A stretch of DNA of 64,000 bases from Eledone cirrhosa (Eukaryota). Location of the stretch: positions 207,452,001-207,516,000 of the forward strand of contig OZ024743.1 of assembly GCA_964016885.1 (NCBI GenBank). Reading direction: 5' to 3'. Under the pieces are notes generated by a model that saw only the letters and a list, made by a program, of their open reading frames with translations, had not been told where the DNA came from and did no database searches. A program made the translations under genes and the position numbers. Of the stretch, positions 1 to 11,016 are shown piece after piece (positions within the stretch are counted from its first letter, which is position 1; every line of letters begins with the position of its first letter).

Positions 1-660
1 AAAGAGGAGGGCCAGCAGCTGACAATAAATGTAGGCTATGTAAAACAAAGATCGAGGATGTAAGCCGCATTGTTGCCAGCTGTGAAAGAATGTCATCTCA
101 CTACTACCTCCCCATGAGACACGATGGGATAGCTAGAACCATCTGGAACGCACTTCGGAAAACAAAATTAACAACAAACGAGGAAGAATATATTGAGACA
201 GATGGCACTAAGGAATACTGGTGGAACCTGAAAATAAAAATTGCCACCAAATTAAAGCACAACCGGCCTGATATTGTAGTTTGGGACCACACATTGAAAA
301 CGTGTTCTGTTGTGGAGATCAGCTGCCCACTTGATGTAAATGTTGTCAGAAAAATACAGGAGAAGGACATCTATGGACCATTGATGAGTTTACAAATCCA
401 TATCCAATATAGACCTTTAGCTTCATACCCATCATTATTGGAGCTACGGGTTATATACCAACCCGCTTGGACCAAAGTATGACTGAACTTGGATTTGCGC
501 AGCTCCCTAATTCATAGTCTACAAATGGCTGCGATAGCTGGCACCTTCAAAATTTGCAAAACATTCTTGCGATTCAAGGGATGACAATTTCTTTTCTTTT
601 ACAACCTTGCCACCAGGAAGGTGGCCGGTCAAAAAAATATACTCGAAATTAAGAGAAAGA
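1..660 (+). mobile_element. 3' fragment of an R4/Dong-like (RLE-type) non-LTR retrotransposon, decayed
   Basis: Translates as DNKCRLCKTKIEDVSRIVASC (degenerate CCHC), then RHD and RPDIVVWD...VEISCP (restriction-like endonuclease). Frameshifts follow, with a terminal GTFKICKTFLRFKG* (TGA 582-584). The short 3' UTR runs into a tetranucleotide repeat. Confidence 0.85.
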
Positions 661-663
661 GAT

Positions 664-812
664 TACATACATACATACATGCATGCATGCATGCATGAAT
701 GCATGAATGAATGAATGAATGAATGAATGAATGAATGAATGAATGAATGAATGAATGAATGCATGCATGCATGCATGCATGCATGCATGCATGCATGAAT
801 GAATGAATGAAT
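664..812. repeat. Compound microsatellite (TACA)n-(TGCA)n-(TGAA)n-(TGCA)n-(TGAA)n
   Basis: Directly visible. Confidence 0.95.
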
Positions 813-1237
813 GATGGCTGCCCCCTCGTTATCGAGTATGGCCATTGCACGATATACCATTATTAATAATAATTAATTAATTCTATCGTGCAATGCCTGT
901 GCGTGAAGATATTTTTTAAAGTGACGAAAGACTGTGCACCGAGCCAATCCCACTCTCTGAGCGACAGTAGCTATAACCCGAAAAGAAAAGATCAACATCA
1001 TCGGTAACTACTGAGCCGCAGGTTTTATATCGGAGTTATCCCAGTTTCCTGAGTTGACTTCTCCTAGAAGAATGCCCTGACAAAGGCTAGGGGTCCTTCA
1101 CTCCCAGTGATTTAACCGCGCGATCGGGTGTCCAGCCCGACTATTTCTATGTCCCCGCACATATACATATGCATGCACCCGTGCATATACACATGTACAC
1201 AGACATGTACATGTGTATATACATATTTACACACTTT

Positions 1238-1430
1238 TGGATGGCCGTTGACCCTTATGAGTTCTTCTGCCCTTTGTCAGGTTTGGTTTTTTGTACTGCA
1301 GGGTGTCCAAAATCACCCTCCTCACCAAGTAAACTTGGTGGGGTTGCCGGTTTAGTCGCCGACGATCCGACCATGCGACGGGTTGTACTGGGTTACATGT
1401 TACCAGTAGCACTCAAGAGTGACCCGACAT
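1238..1430 (-). mobile_element. Dispersed repeat module, probably a LINE 5' UTR (copy A)
   Basis: The reverse complement shares GCTACTGGT..CATGTAACCCAGTACAACC..GCGACTAAACC..GGAGGGT..GGCCA with 21743-21960 (+) and partly with 50905-50972 (+). The LINE 5' UTR identity is inference. Confidence 0.6.
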
Positions 1431-1488
1431 AACATACATACATACGGACATACATAGTGACATACATACGGACATTCCTAAATAAATG

Positions 1489-1733
1489 AGGTCGTGTAGG
1501 TGTCACGACAAAAAAAACACAGTCCACGCTGTAATGTGGCCGTGTAGGTAACACGGTAAAAACCTCCCAGTCCACACTGTAAATGTGGTTGGTGTTAGGA
1601 AGGGCATCCAGCCGTAGAAAACTCGCCAGACAGTCCTATACGAGCGAGACAACCATTCTTGCCTCAGGTGGGACAATTCCCGTCTAAACCCATGCTAGCA
1701 TGGAAGATGGACGTTAAACGATGATGATGATGA
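1489..1733 (+). mobile_element. SINE family 1 (GGAAGGGCATCCAGCCGTAGAAA core, RTE-like 3' tail)
   Basis: Near-identical copy at 7723-7966. Ends in AACCCATGC..TGGAA..GGACGTTAAACGATGATGAT like the RTE LINEs in this window. The core resembles the Meta-SINE domain (from memory). Confidence 0.8.
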
Positions 1734-1906
1734 CATACAGATATATAGTCATTAACACTATCATCTTGTTTTCTGTCCATTTGTATCTGTTGTGTACTAG
1801 AACCAGTTGTATTGACCTTAAAGCACCGAAACAATGTATCTCTAGCAGTCAACTGATAAGATGGGACTACTATCTGTATTTGTTCTTTTTTCTGTCTTTG
1901 CCCATA

Positions 1907-1952
<46 letters not shown>

Positions 1953-2003
1953 ATCTAATGTAATTTAATCGTGGTTATTTTATTCTTTTATATATGCTCT
2001 GTT

Positions 2004-2330
2004 ATAATAATAATAATAATAATAATGAAATTATTGTGTACAGTGCTCAGGTGCACTACAACTCATCAAAGGTGCATGTATAGTACATAGAATAATGTAC
2101 AAATGTCATGAAAATGAACAGTGTATGAGTCATGATATAATAACAATAATGAAATATTGTGTACAGTGCCCAGGTGCACCACAACTCATCAAAAAAGTGC
2201 ATGTACAGTACATAGGGAAATGCACAAACATCAGTAAAATGAACAGTGCACGAGTCATGATACACACGTGTGCATGTGTATGGAAGGGGTACATCAGGTG
2301 TAGTTTTGGCGTATTTTGGGAAGCAGGAGC
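2004..2330 (-). repeat. (TAA)n-anchored repeat with a ~120-bp direct duplication, possibly an R4/Dong 3' UTR
   Basis: AATGAAAT(T)ATTGTGTACAGTGCYCAGGTGCACYACAACTCATCAAA occurs at ~2023 and ~2147, next to a (TAA)n run. Dong elements are known to target TAA repeats. Family assignment is tentative. Confidence 0.45.
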
Positions 2331-2516
2331 GTCTTATATTGTAAAACTACTGTGATTGGAATTTACTGATTGTATTAAACTCTGAACTGTCTTTTGCCCA
2401 TCTTGCTGTGGACTATAAAATCACATTTGGGCTTTGAATTATTCTTTGCCTTTATATGGTTGTATTATCAATTTGTGTAAACTATTTTATGTATGCATAC
2501 ATACATACATACATAC

Positions 2517-2554
<38 letters not shown>

Positions 2555-2667
2555 CTAAAAACCATCCATCATAATTTTATGTTAGATCCTTTATAAGTTA
2601 TGCTCCAAATACCAGAAGAAAAGATAGATATGACCTAACTATTTTGGTGCCTATAGACAAGAGCTAT

Positions 2668-2878
2668 CTTAGGTACAATTCTTGGTACCTACAGACTAGA
2701 CCTAAATATCTTGGGTACAATTTTCGGTACCTACAGACTAGACCTAAATATCTTGGGTACAATTTTCGGTACCTACAGACTAGACCTAAATATCTTGGGT
2801 ACAATTCTTGGTAGCTGTAGTTAAGAGCTGTCTTGGGTACAATTCTTGGTAGCTGAAGTTAAGAGCTGTCTTGGGTAC
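2668..2878. repeat. Tandem repeat, 38-42 bp unit, about 5-6 copies
   Basis: Recurring CTTGGGTACAATT(C/T)T(T/C)GGTA. Confidence 0.85.
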
Positions 2879-3180
2879 ACTTTTTAGGAGGGTTGTTAGA
2901 CTGAGAAGAAAGTATTGGAAGAACTGATGAAGTGTTTAGTGCAGGCTATGAGCAGTGAAATAGTTGGGGTGACATGAAAAGAAGAAATAAGTGTGAAAGT
3001 TGGCTTTGGTGGAGGTTATTAGATGTATCATTGATAGAAAAATCAGAGAAGAAACTGTGGTATATAAACAGCTGGTTGTAGTGGGTAGCAGAGTGAAACT
3101 TTGCCAATCAGCTAAATAACCTTCATTTGAATGTTTATTTCCAGCTTCATTGAAATAGTGAATAGTGCATTTAAACAACC

Positions 3181-3376
3181 ATTGTCATAGAGCTGTAGCT
3201 TCTAATTGTTAACTGAAAGTATATTGGCATAGATCTGTAGCCTCTAATTGTTAACTGAAAGTAAATTGTCATAGAGCTGTAGTTACTAATTGTTGACTGG
3301 AAGTATATTTTCATAGAACTGTAGTTACTAATTGTCATAGAGTTGTAGCTACTAATTGTTAACTGAAAGTAAATTG
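3181..3376. repeat. Tandem repeat, ~42 bp unit, about 4-5 copies
   Basis: Recurring ATTGTCATAGAGCTGTAG..CTAATTGTTAACTGAAAGTA. Confidence 0.85.
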
Positions 3377-3774
3377 CTTGTTCCTAACCAATTCATTCTC
3401 CAAGATACTGTAAATGTGTCATTAGTATATATGTGTGATATATCATCATTTAACATCCATTTTCCATGCTTCATGGGCTAGAGGGATTGTCATGTTATGA
3501 GACAAGTTAAGTCCAGAGACCACGTCTTGCTCATATGGATCTGCATTTTATAGAGTGAAACAGATAGATCTAGAGACATGGGGTGTTAGGACGTGGGCTG
3601 TAACAGCATGGTGAAAACATTTTGAAACTTTTAAATATGAACGGGCATCGAATGATGGATAAGTTAAAGATTTTTAAATACTTGAATTCATATGTGAGAG
3701 ACAACGGATTGAAATGAAATGAGTTGGCTTCGACGTTACATTTATTTATCACACATAGATGTAAGTGTATATCT

Positions 3775-4165
3775 AAGTCTAATCTAAAGTTTGTCTCGAG
3801 CCAGAAGGCTCGGCAGGCCAGTGCTTATCTTGGTTTACGTGGCGTGAAGTGACAGAGAGTACATGACTTCCTACTGGAAAGGACACCAGTCCATCACAGG
3901 GTTAGTCTCTCTCAAGCCTCGAGACTCATCAGGCTGGTTCTTATTTCAGTTTCCATGGTGTGAATTGACAGAGTACAATACTGCCCCCTGGAGAGGATGC
4001 CAATCCATCACAGAGTTAAACCCCTAAGATATTGCTGGTACTCATTTTCAGCTGAGTATACTGGAGCAACATAAAATGAAATGTTTTGCTCAAGAACACA
4101 ATACACAACTCAGCCCAGGAATCGAACCCACATGGCCTAGTAGTAAGTGTGTTCAACTAACAACC
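3775..4165 (-). mobile_element. SINE family 2 (tRNA-like head) with duplicated 3' part
   Basis: Reverse complement of the 9995-10220 and 27362-27615 copies (TTGAGCAAAACA, CTCAGCTGAAAATGAGTACCAG, GATGGACTGG). Confidence 0.75.
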
Positions 4166-5082
4166 ATAACTATATCTGCTGTGAAATACAAGTTTATTGG
4201 GTTTCAATTATTACCGATTATTCCAATCTATATTTAATACTGTTTATATTAAAGTGAAGAGATTTAAAAAAGATTTACTGAAGATACTCTAAAAGAAATT
4301 GTGTGCGTGTATGTGTGCATGTGTGTGCGTTTGTATATGTATGTATGTGTGTATGTATGTATATGTATGTGTGCATATATATTGATGTATGTATACACAC
4401 ACATGTACATGTACAATACACATATGTACTTGTGTAATATTAGCTTGTCCTCTTTATTGCTAGCTTCCACTTACATTAACCATTTTCATATAATCAATAA
4501 ATGCTAATAAGCAATAGTGAAAATGTTGTATATCTTTTTGGTGTTCTCTTTAACTTTCACATTTTTCAGAGATTTAAAAAAAAATATTTTTCTCTGAATA
4601 ATACTTCACTTTATTACTAATATAACATTCTGTCTCCATCTCTGAAACAGCAGTTATAATCAATAGCACATCACAAGTTCTCTAGTGCTTGTGATATAAA
4701 ACACACCTAGCACATTCTGTAAAGTAGCTGGTATTAGGAAGGGATTTTCAGCTGTAGAAATCCTACCAAAAAGGGTTGAGGACTCTTCAGGCATGACATA
4801 ACCTCTCCATCTTCGGGGATCCTGTCAAAAACTTTCTCCAGGTCAACAAATGCCAAGAGAGGTTTACTTTTGGATAGGTACTTCTGTCTAGAGCATCACC
4901 TTTGCTCTTGTAGTAGTTAATGCTGCTAAACCAGTCATTGAGTATGGCACTATTTTACATTACTTGGTTTACAATATGGGTGGTTATAGTGTATCCTACC
5001 AGCTGAGATGCTTTATATATACTATATATATATACTATATATATATATACTATATATATAATAAATATATATATATATATAT

Positions 5083-6348
5083 ATATGAAAAAATTCAGGA
5101 CTCCGACGGCTGACCTCGGCTGTTTTGACAGCTAGATCCGAATTTGGATCTAGCAGTCGAATTGGCTGGAGCTCAGCTGTCAGGGTCCTGAATCTTTTCA
5201 TATTACCCACTCTACTGCCCCAAGTACTCTGATGGCTTATGGTCCACCTGGTTTTTTACCACACCCGATCTGGTGTGGGTGTGGGTGTGTGTGAGATCTT
5301 TACCATACACACACCAACATCCATTCAGAAACTGAGACACACACACACACAGATACTTGAACCATTTCCACACACACGCAACTACGCTCTTCACACGAAC
5401 CCACATCACCTACAGACATACCACGCATTCGCTTCTCTTAACAACACAAACACACACACACATACTTGCACATCTACACATACACCCACACTTCACCCCA
5501 CACCACCTCCGGATTTGACACAATATCATCTCACCCCATCCGTCTCCCTCCATTCACACACACACACACACACACACATCTACTCATACAGGGACTATAC
5601 ATGCACAGACATACACTCCACGCCAACACACACACACATACACAATGGTTTTTCAAAACCCACATACACTCGCTTGCTCTCACATTTACATTCACACATT
5701 CACACACACACACTTACATCTACACATACACACACACCTTACCTTCCGCCTTCCCCCACTCGGACTCTAATTTTCTTGCTTTGCTTCCCCTTCGCTCGAC
5801 CTCCACCCACCCCTTAGGCACTACCACACCCTTGACATCCCTGACCCGTACACCCCTCCCACTCCCTTCACTTGCACTTTTTTTTAAATTCTGATTTTTT
5901 TTCAATACTTTTTAATTGTTTTTTGATTTTCATGTATATTTTCCCATCCTTTCATGTTTTTCCTATTAACTCCCCTCCTCACTCCCTCACAGAGTTCCTC
6001 CCTACTTTCCTGATGAAGGACTTATGTCTGAAACGTAACTTCCCCACTCTCACCAAGCATGAAACTAATAACACTATGTACTATTGACTCCTGTGTTTGT
6101 TTGTTTGTCCTTTTGAACTATATATATATATAAATAAAGAGATGTCAACATGAATAGACCTGTTATTTTTATCTAAAGACATCTTTTCCAATTCCAACCC
6201 ACCCGTCCCTTTAATCTATCTTATTTCTCATTCTTTCTTCTGATGGACTAGCGTCTGAAACGTTAAGGCCCTCTTCCTGCTATTTCAAGCGTTAACCTAA
6301 TATATTCCTTCCATATACTGTATCCATTGTTATTTCTGTTTACCTTTT

Positions 6349-6350
<2 letters not shown>
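5083..6350 (+). mobile_element. Non-coding element with palindromic head and decayed hammerhead cores (Penelope pseudo-LTR-like)
   Basis: Imperfect ~120-bp palindrome at 5083-5204, CA-rich body, CTGATGA-stem-GAAACGTA from 6010 and a second decayed core from 6240; flanked by (TA)n. Confidence 0.5.
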
Positions 6351-6381
<31 letters not shown>

Positions 6382-6914
6382 ATATAAAAAAACTGAAGCC
6401 ATAATCAGTTGATTTGGGTTTATTTAAAACTGTTATACATATTTCACCTAGGACTATCAATTATGATAGGCTGAGCGCTTCAGGTGACAAAACCTATAAA
6501 AACTTGAAATTGAAACTAATAATATATATTTATATGAAATAGAGGGAAAAATGGAATTTGTTACTATATAGATAGATAGAACCGCTTGTAAATCAATTAA
6601 TTTAATGTAATTTAATCCTGGTTGTTTTTATCGATGATCTGTGTACCGGCTGGAAAAGAAATTGAAAATGTAACTGGAGTCTTTTAAGAATATTTATTTA
6701 CTTTACCAGTTTCACAGTTATGATTTTCAAAAGTAAAATTGAGATGGACGGTTTGTGTTTCTGTTGTGGTTTGTCTTGCAAGACAACCGGTAAAGTAAAT
6801 AAAATATTCTTAAAAGACTCCACTTTCAATTTTTTTCCTTATATATATATATATTTAGTTATTCTTTTAAGAATCCAATTTAAGAATCCAATTCAATAAA
6901 TAGACCAGGATTTT

Positions 6915-6975
6915 TTTCATTCTGATGATGGAAAGCAACATTTTTTTGCTTTTAAGAAACCACTGGTAAATGGAA
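6915..6975 (+). ncRNA. Type I hammerhead ribozyme motif
   Basis: Stem I TTTCATT/AATGGAA; core CTGATGA (6922-6928); stem II TGGAAAGCAA/TTGCTTTTAA; GAAA (6956-6959); stem III ACC-ACT-GGT; GUA triplet with predicted cleavage after 6968. Confidence 0.7.
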
Positions 6976-7089
6976 TAATTGCCTTATGTTGTTTATTACA
7001 TAACTATTAAGCTCTGTTACCTACATAGAGTACTCTTTTTTCCTGGACTTTTCCGACGGAATTACTTCATTTACACACACACACACATA

Positions 7090-7585
7090 TATGAATGGAA
7101 AAAGTTCAGAGAGCTTATACCACTATTAGCCACAAAAGGGTTCTCCCTAAAAATGAAAGGCAGGTTGTATGATGCCTGCATACGAACAGCAATGTTGCAT
7201 GGCAGTGAGACCTGGGCATTGTGTGCAGAGGATATATGCAGACTAGAGAGGAACGAAGCTTGCATGCTCCGCTGGATGTGTAATAGTAACATACGTGAAC
7301 GGCAAAGCATAAGCGAACTAAGGAAAAAATTAGAAATAAGAGGGATCAGATGTTGTTTACTCGAGAGAAGGCTACGTTGGTATGGTCACATGATGCGCAT
7401 GAAAGACGACAGCTGTATAACAAAGTGTAGGGCAATAAAGATAGACGGTAGCTACGGAGTAGGCAGACCCAGAAAAACGAGCTGATAAATTCCGACCTCA
7501 CACACTTACACCTCTCCAAGACAATGTCACTGGACCGAGACCTTTGGCGGTACTCAGTAATAGAGAAGACCCGCCTTACCTAAAT
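7090..7585 (+). mobile_element. RTE LINE 3' fragment
   Basis: WKKFRELIPLL...[20 protein letters not shown]...RRLRWYGH...GRPRKT, homologous to the 31848-33167 copy. Confidence 0.9.
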
Positions 7586-7722
7586 ACAAAGTAAAACCTA
7601 CTACAGTCAGTAGGCATCTCTAATAAAATACACCCCGTCCCACCACCCCCACCCTATCCACACCGCCCCTTTCAATGTAAAGTTATGTTGGTGCCACAAC
7701 ATCCAGGCCGAAACAAATGAGA

Positions 7723-7966
7723 TCGTGTAGGTGTCACGACAAAAAAAACACACAGTCCACGCTGTAATGTGGCCATGTAGGCAACACGGTAAAAACCTCC
7801 CAGCGCCACGCTGTAAATGTGGTTGGTGTTAGGAAGGGCATCCAGCTGTAGAAAACCTGCCAGACAGTCCTATGCGAGCAAGACAATCACTCTTGCCTCA
7901 AGTGGGAAAACCCCCGTCCAAACCCATGCAAGCGTGGAACACGGGCGTTAAACGATGATGATGATG
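7723..7966 (+). mobile_element. SINE family 1 copy
   Basis: Near-identical to 1489-1733. Further copies at ~10616-10882 (-), 26660-27215 (-), 40625-40850 (-) and 49455-49692 (+). Confidence 0.8.
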
Positions 7967-8864
7967 ATATATATATAAGGAAAAGAAATTTATATATTTA
8001 AATTTCATGCTGTCATGAAATTTGAAAAAAGATTTGGTTGCTGTTTTTAGCAGTTGATTGATTGCAGAGAGATGAAACTCCCGGCTTGGTTGGTACTGTT
8101 GATATTGTGGTGGTTGTTGTTTACCCCTCAGGCCAGACTTAAGATCAAAAGTGTTCCACATTGAACCTCGTATGTTTGCTCTATTTTAAAATATCTGCTG
8201 TGTATTACAATATTGATGAGAACCATGTAAAAAATCAATCACTGATACGTTAATTTTAAAAGCAAGTTTTTAGTTTCATTTATTTTAACTTCCCTTTACG
8301 TTTGTTGTGCCTTTGAGGAAATACTTAAGTATCAGAGATTCTTCTATCTTAGGCTTTCTTATATATATATATATATAAAGAAAGCAATGAAGTGGTGGGG
8401 GAGAGGAGCTTCTCAGATAGTTCAAGGTTTTATATTATATAGCAAGCCACATCCAGGAAGAGATTGTGTCGTAATAGAAAAGATTTACACTGCTATATAG
8501 TAAAAACAGCAGGTTATCATTAACACAAAAGCTTAGACTCTTTTTTTTTATTTTTTTATTTTTTTAATATCATTAAGTAGATAGCAACTATTGGTCACCG
8601 CAGCAATGTATATATTGATCCTACATGTTCAGCAAACATGTAGATTAAAGTGCACCAGTGCAGCAAATCACCTATTATAAGCAGGAGCAATTGTTGCTGC
8701 TTAAATTGTTATACTTGTGAGGAAGGTGATGATAATGATAAAGACTGTAAAGGTGATGATGATGATGACTGTAAAGGTGATGATGATGATTGTTAAATGG
8801 TTTCTTTTTAAAGGAATTGTAATGAAATCTTTGTGACATACTACAAATGATTGCTAGCGCTACT

Positions 8865-9118
8865 ACTACTGTTACCACCACTATCAATACCACTACACCC
8901 CACTGCCGCTGCCACCACCACCACCACTGCCGCTGCCACTACCACCACCACCTCTACTACTACTACTGTTACCACCACCACCACTACTACCACTATCAAT
9001 ACCACTACACCCCACCACCACTGCTGCTGCCACCACCACCACCACCACTACTACTACTATACTACTACTATTACTACTACTACTACACTACTACTACTAC
9101 TACACTACTACTACTACT
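8865..9118. repeat. (CAC/TAC)n trinucleotide tract
   Basis: Directly visible. Confidence 0.9.
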
Positions 9119-9252
9119 TTTCTTTACTATATTAGCTATTCTTTGTTGTTGTTATTCAGATATATTCCCCTCTTGTTAGTTTTGTTCTTTAGTTATTGAT
9201 TAACTGTCACCATTTTCCTAAAATTATCTATTTTTCATTTTCTTTACTGTCA

Positions 9253-9765
9253 CTATCATTCTTATATTCTACCATTCTTGTATTCTGTCACTCTATCATT
9301 CTTATATTCTACCATTCTTGTATTCTGTCACTCTATCATTCTTATATTCTACCATTCTTGTATTCTGTCACTCTACCATTCTTATATTCTACCATTCTTG
9401 TATTCTGTCACTCTACCATTCTTATATTCTACCATTCTTGTATTCTGTCACTCTATCATTCTTATATTCTACCATTCTTGTATTCTGTCACTCTACCATT
9501 CTTATATTCTACCATTCTTGTATTCTGTCACTCTACCATTCTTATATTCTACCATTCTTGTATTCTGTCACTCTATCATTCTTATATTCTACCATTCTTG
9601 TATTCTGTCACTCTATCATTCTTATATTCTACCATTCTTGTATTCTGTCACTCTACCATTCTTATATTCTACCATTCTTGTATTCTGTCACTCTATCATT
9701 CTTATATTCTACCATTCTTGTATTCTGTCACTCTACCATTCTTATATTCTACCATTCTTGTATTC
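9253..9765. repeat. 40-bp minisatellite, about 13 copies
   Basis: Unit TATTCTGTCACTCTA(T/C)CATTCTTATATTCTACCATTCTTG. Confidence 0.95.
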
Positions 9766-9778
9766 TCTGTCACTATAT

Positions 9779-10220
9779 ATGGCCTAGTGGTAAGAGTGTT
9801 GGACTTACTATCATAATTGTTTCTACTTTAGGCACAAGGCCAGCAATTACCCAGTACATTACTGGTACTTTATTTTATCAACCCCGTAAGGATGAAAGGC
9901 AAAGTTGACCTCGGCGGGATTTGAACTCAGATCGTAAAGGGACGTAACTATGCTGCAAAGCATGGCGTCCGATCCTCTACTGATACTGCCAATCCACGTG
10001 GGTTCGATTCCTGGGCTGCGTGTTGTTCTTGAGCAAAACACTTCATTTCACGTTGCTCCAGTATACTCAGCTGAAAATGAGTACCAGCAATAGCTGGAGG
10101 TTTAACCCTACGATGGACTGGCGTCCTGTCCAGGGGGGTGGGGAGTCTTGTACTCTCAGTCGCTTCACGTCATGAAACCAGGGATAAGCACCGGCCAAAT
10201 GAGCCTTCTGGCTTTAGACT
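9779..10220 (+). mobile_element. SINE family 2 interrupted by an antisense SINE family 3 copy (~9814-9993)
   Basis: The tRNA-like head TGGCCTAGTGGTAAGAGTG at 9780 resumes as GGTTCGATTCC at ~10001. The insert is the reverse complement of GAGTTCAAATCCCGCCGAGGTCAACTTTGCCTTTCATCC..GATAAAATAAAGTACCAG. Other family 3 copies at ~10460, 13195, 19885, 21408, 23865, 25130 and 50005. Confidence 0.8.
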
Positions 10221-10222
10221 TT

Positions 10223-10261
<39 letters not shown>

Positions 10262-11016
10262 GACTTTTATATAAATTTAGACTTTTATTATATATATATA
10301 TATATATATATATAAAAGGATAGGATAAAGATCCCATAACTTCTTATGGAGTTGTAGAGGCACCATCATAAGGCGTGTCTAAGGCATTTTAAAACCTGGT
10401 GGTGCCCAACCCTCTCCATTCTGAACACAGCCAATTTTCTCTATAGAGGAAGAATTGGCTCCAGTACGGGACTGGTACTTTTTATCGACCTCGAAAGGAT
10501 GAAAGGCAAAGTTGATCCCTGTGGGATTTGAACTCAGTGCGCGCAATGAGGTGGGATGAATACCGTAAAGCATTCTATCTGATGTCTTAACAACTCTGTC
10601 AATTCACCTATATATCATCATCACCATTTTATGTCCATTCTTCCATGCTTACATGGGTTGGACGGGTTGTCCTGCTGTGGGCAATGCCAGGTCAAGTGAC
10701 CATGTCTTGCTTATACAGAACTGATTTTGTCTTGATTTCTACAGCTGGATGCCCTTCCTAACACCAACCTCATTTACAGTGAGTGCTGGGTGCTTTTTTT
10801 TATTGTGGCCCCTACACGACCACTTTACAGTGTGGACTGGGTGCTTTTTTGTCGTGACACCTACATGACCACTTTACAGTGGGAGGGGCTGGGGGCATAC
10901 TGTCTATATGCTTCAGATTCGGCTTGTACCCGTCGGAAGTCGTGTCTTCTGTATTACTGCGTAATGCCAGAGGTCTCGGTCCTGTATCATCGCCTTTGAG
11001 ACATAGGATATATATA

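Noticed and set aside
813-1158. Probable SINE-like repeats with a 12-bp inverted match (CATTGCACGATA/TATCGTGCAATG)
   Set aside because: Looks like two tail-to-tail repeat fragments; the family cannot be assigned from this window.
6744-6795. MDGLCFCCGLSCKTT followed by GTAAAG as NKAIN exon 1
   Set aside because: Wrong phase, no hydrophobic segment, and the donor lies inside an inverted-repeat arm.
9779-9812. tRNA genes (A/B-box-like sequences here and at 24780, 27362)
   Set aside because: They are SINE heads with no complete cloverleaf.
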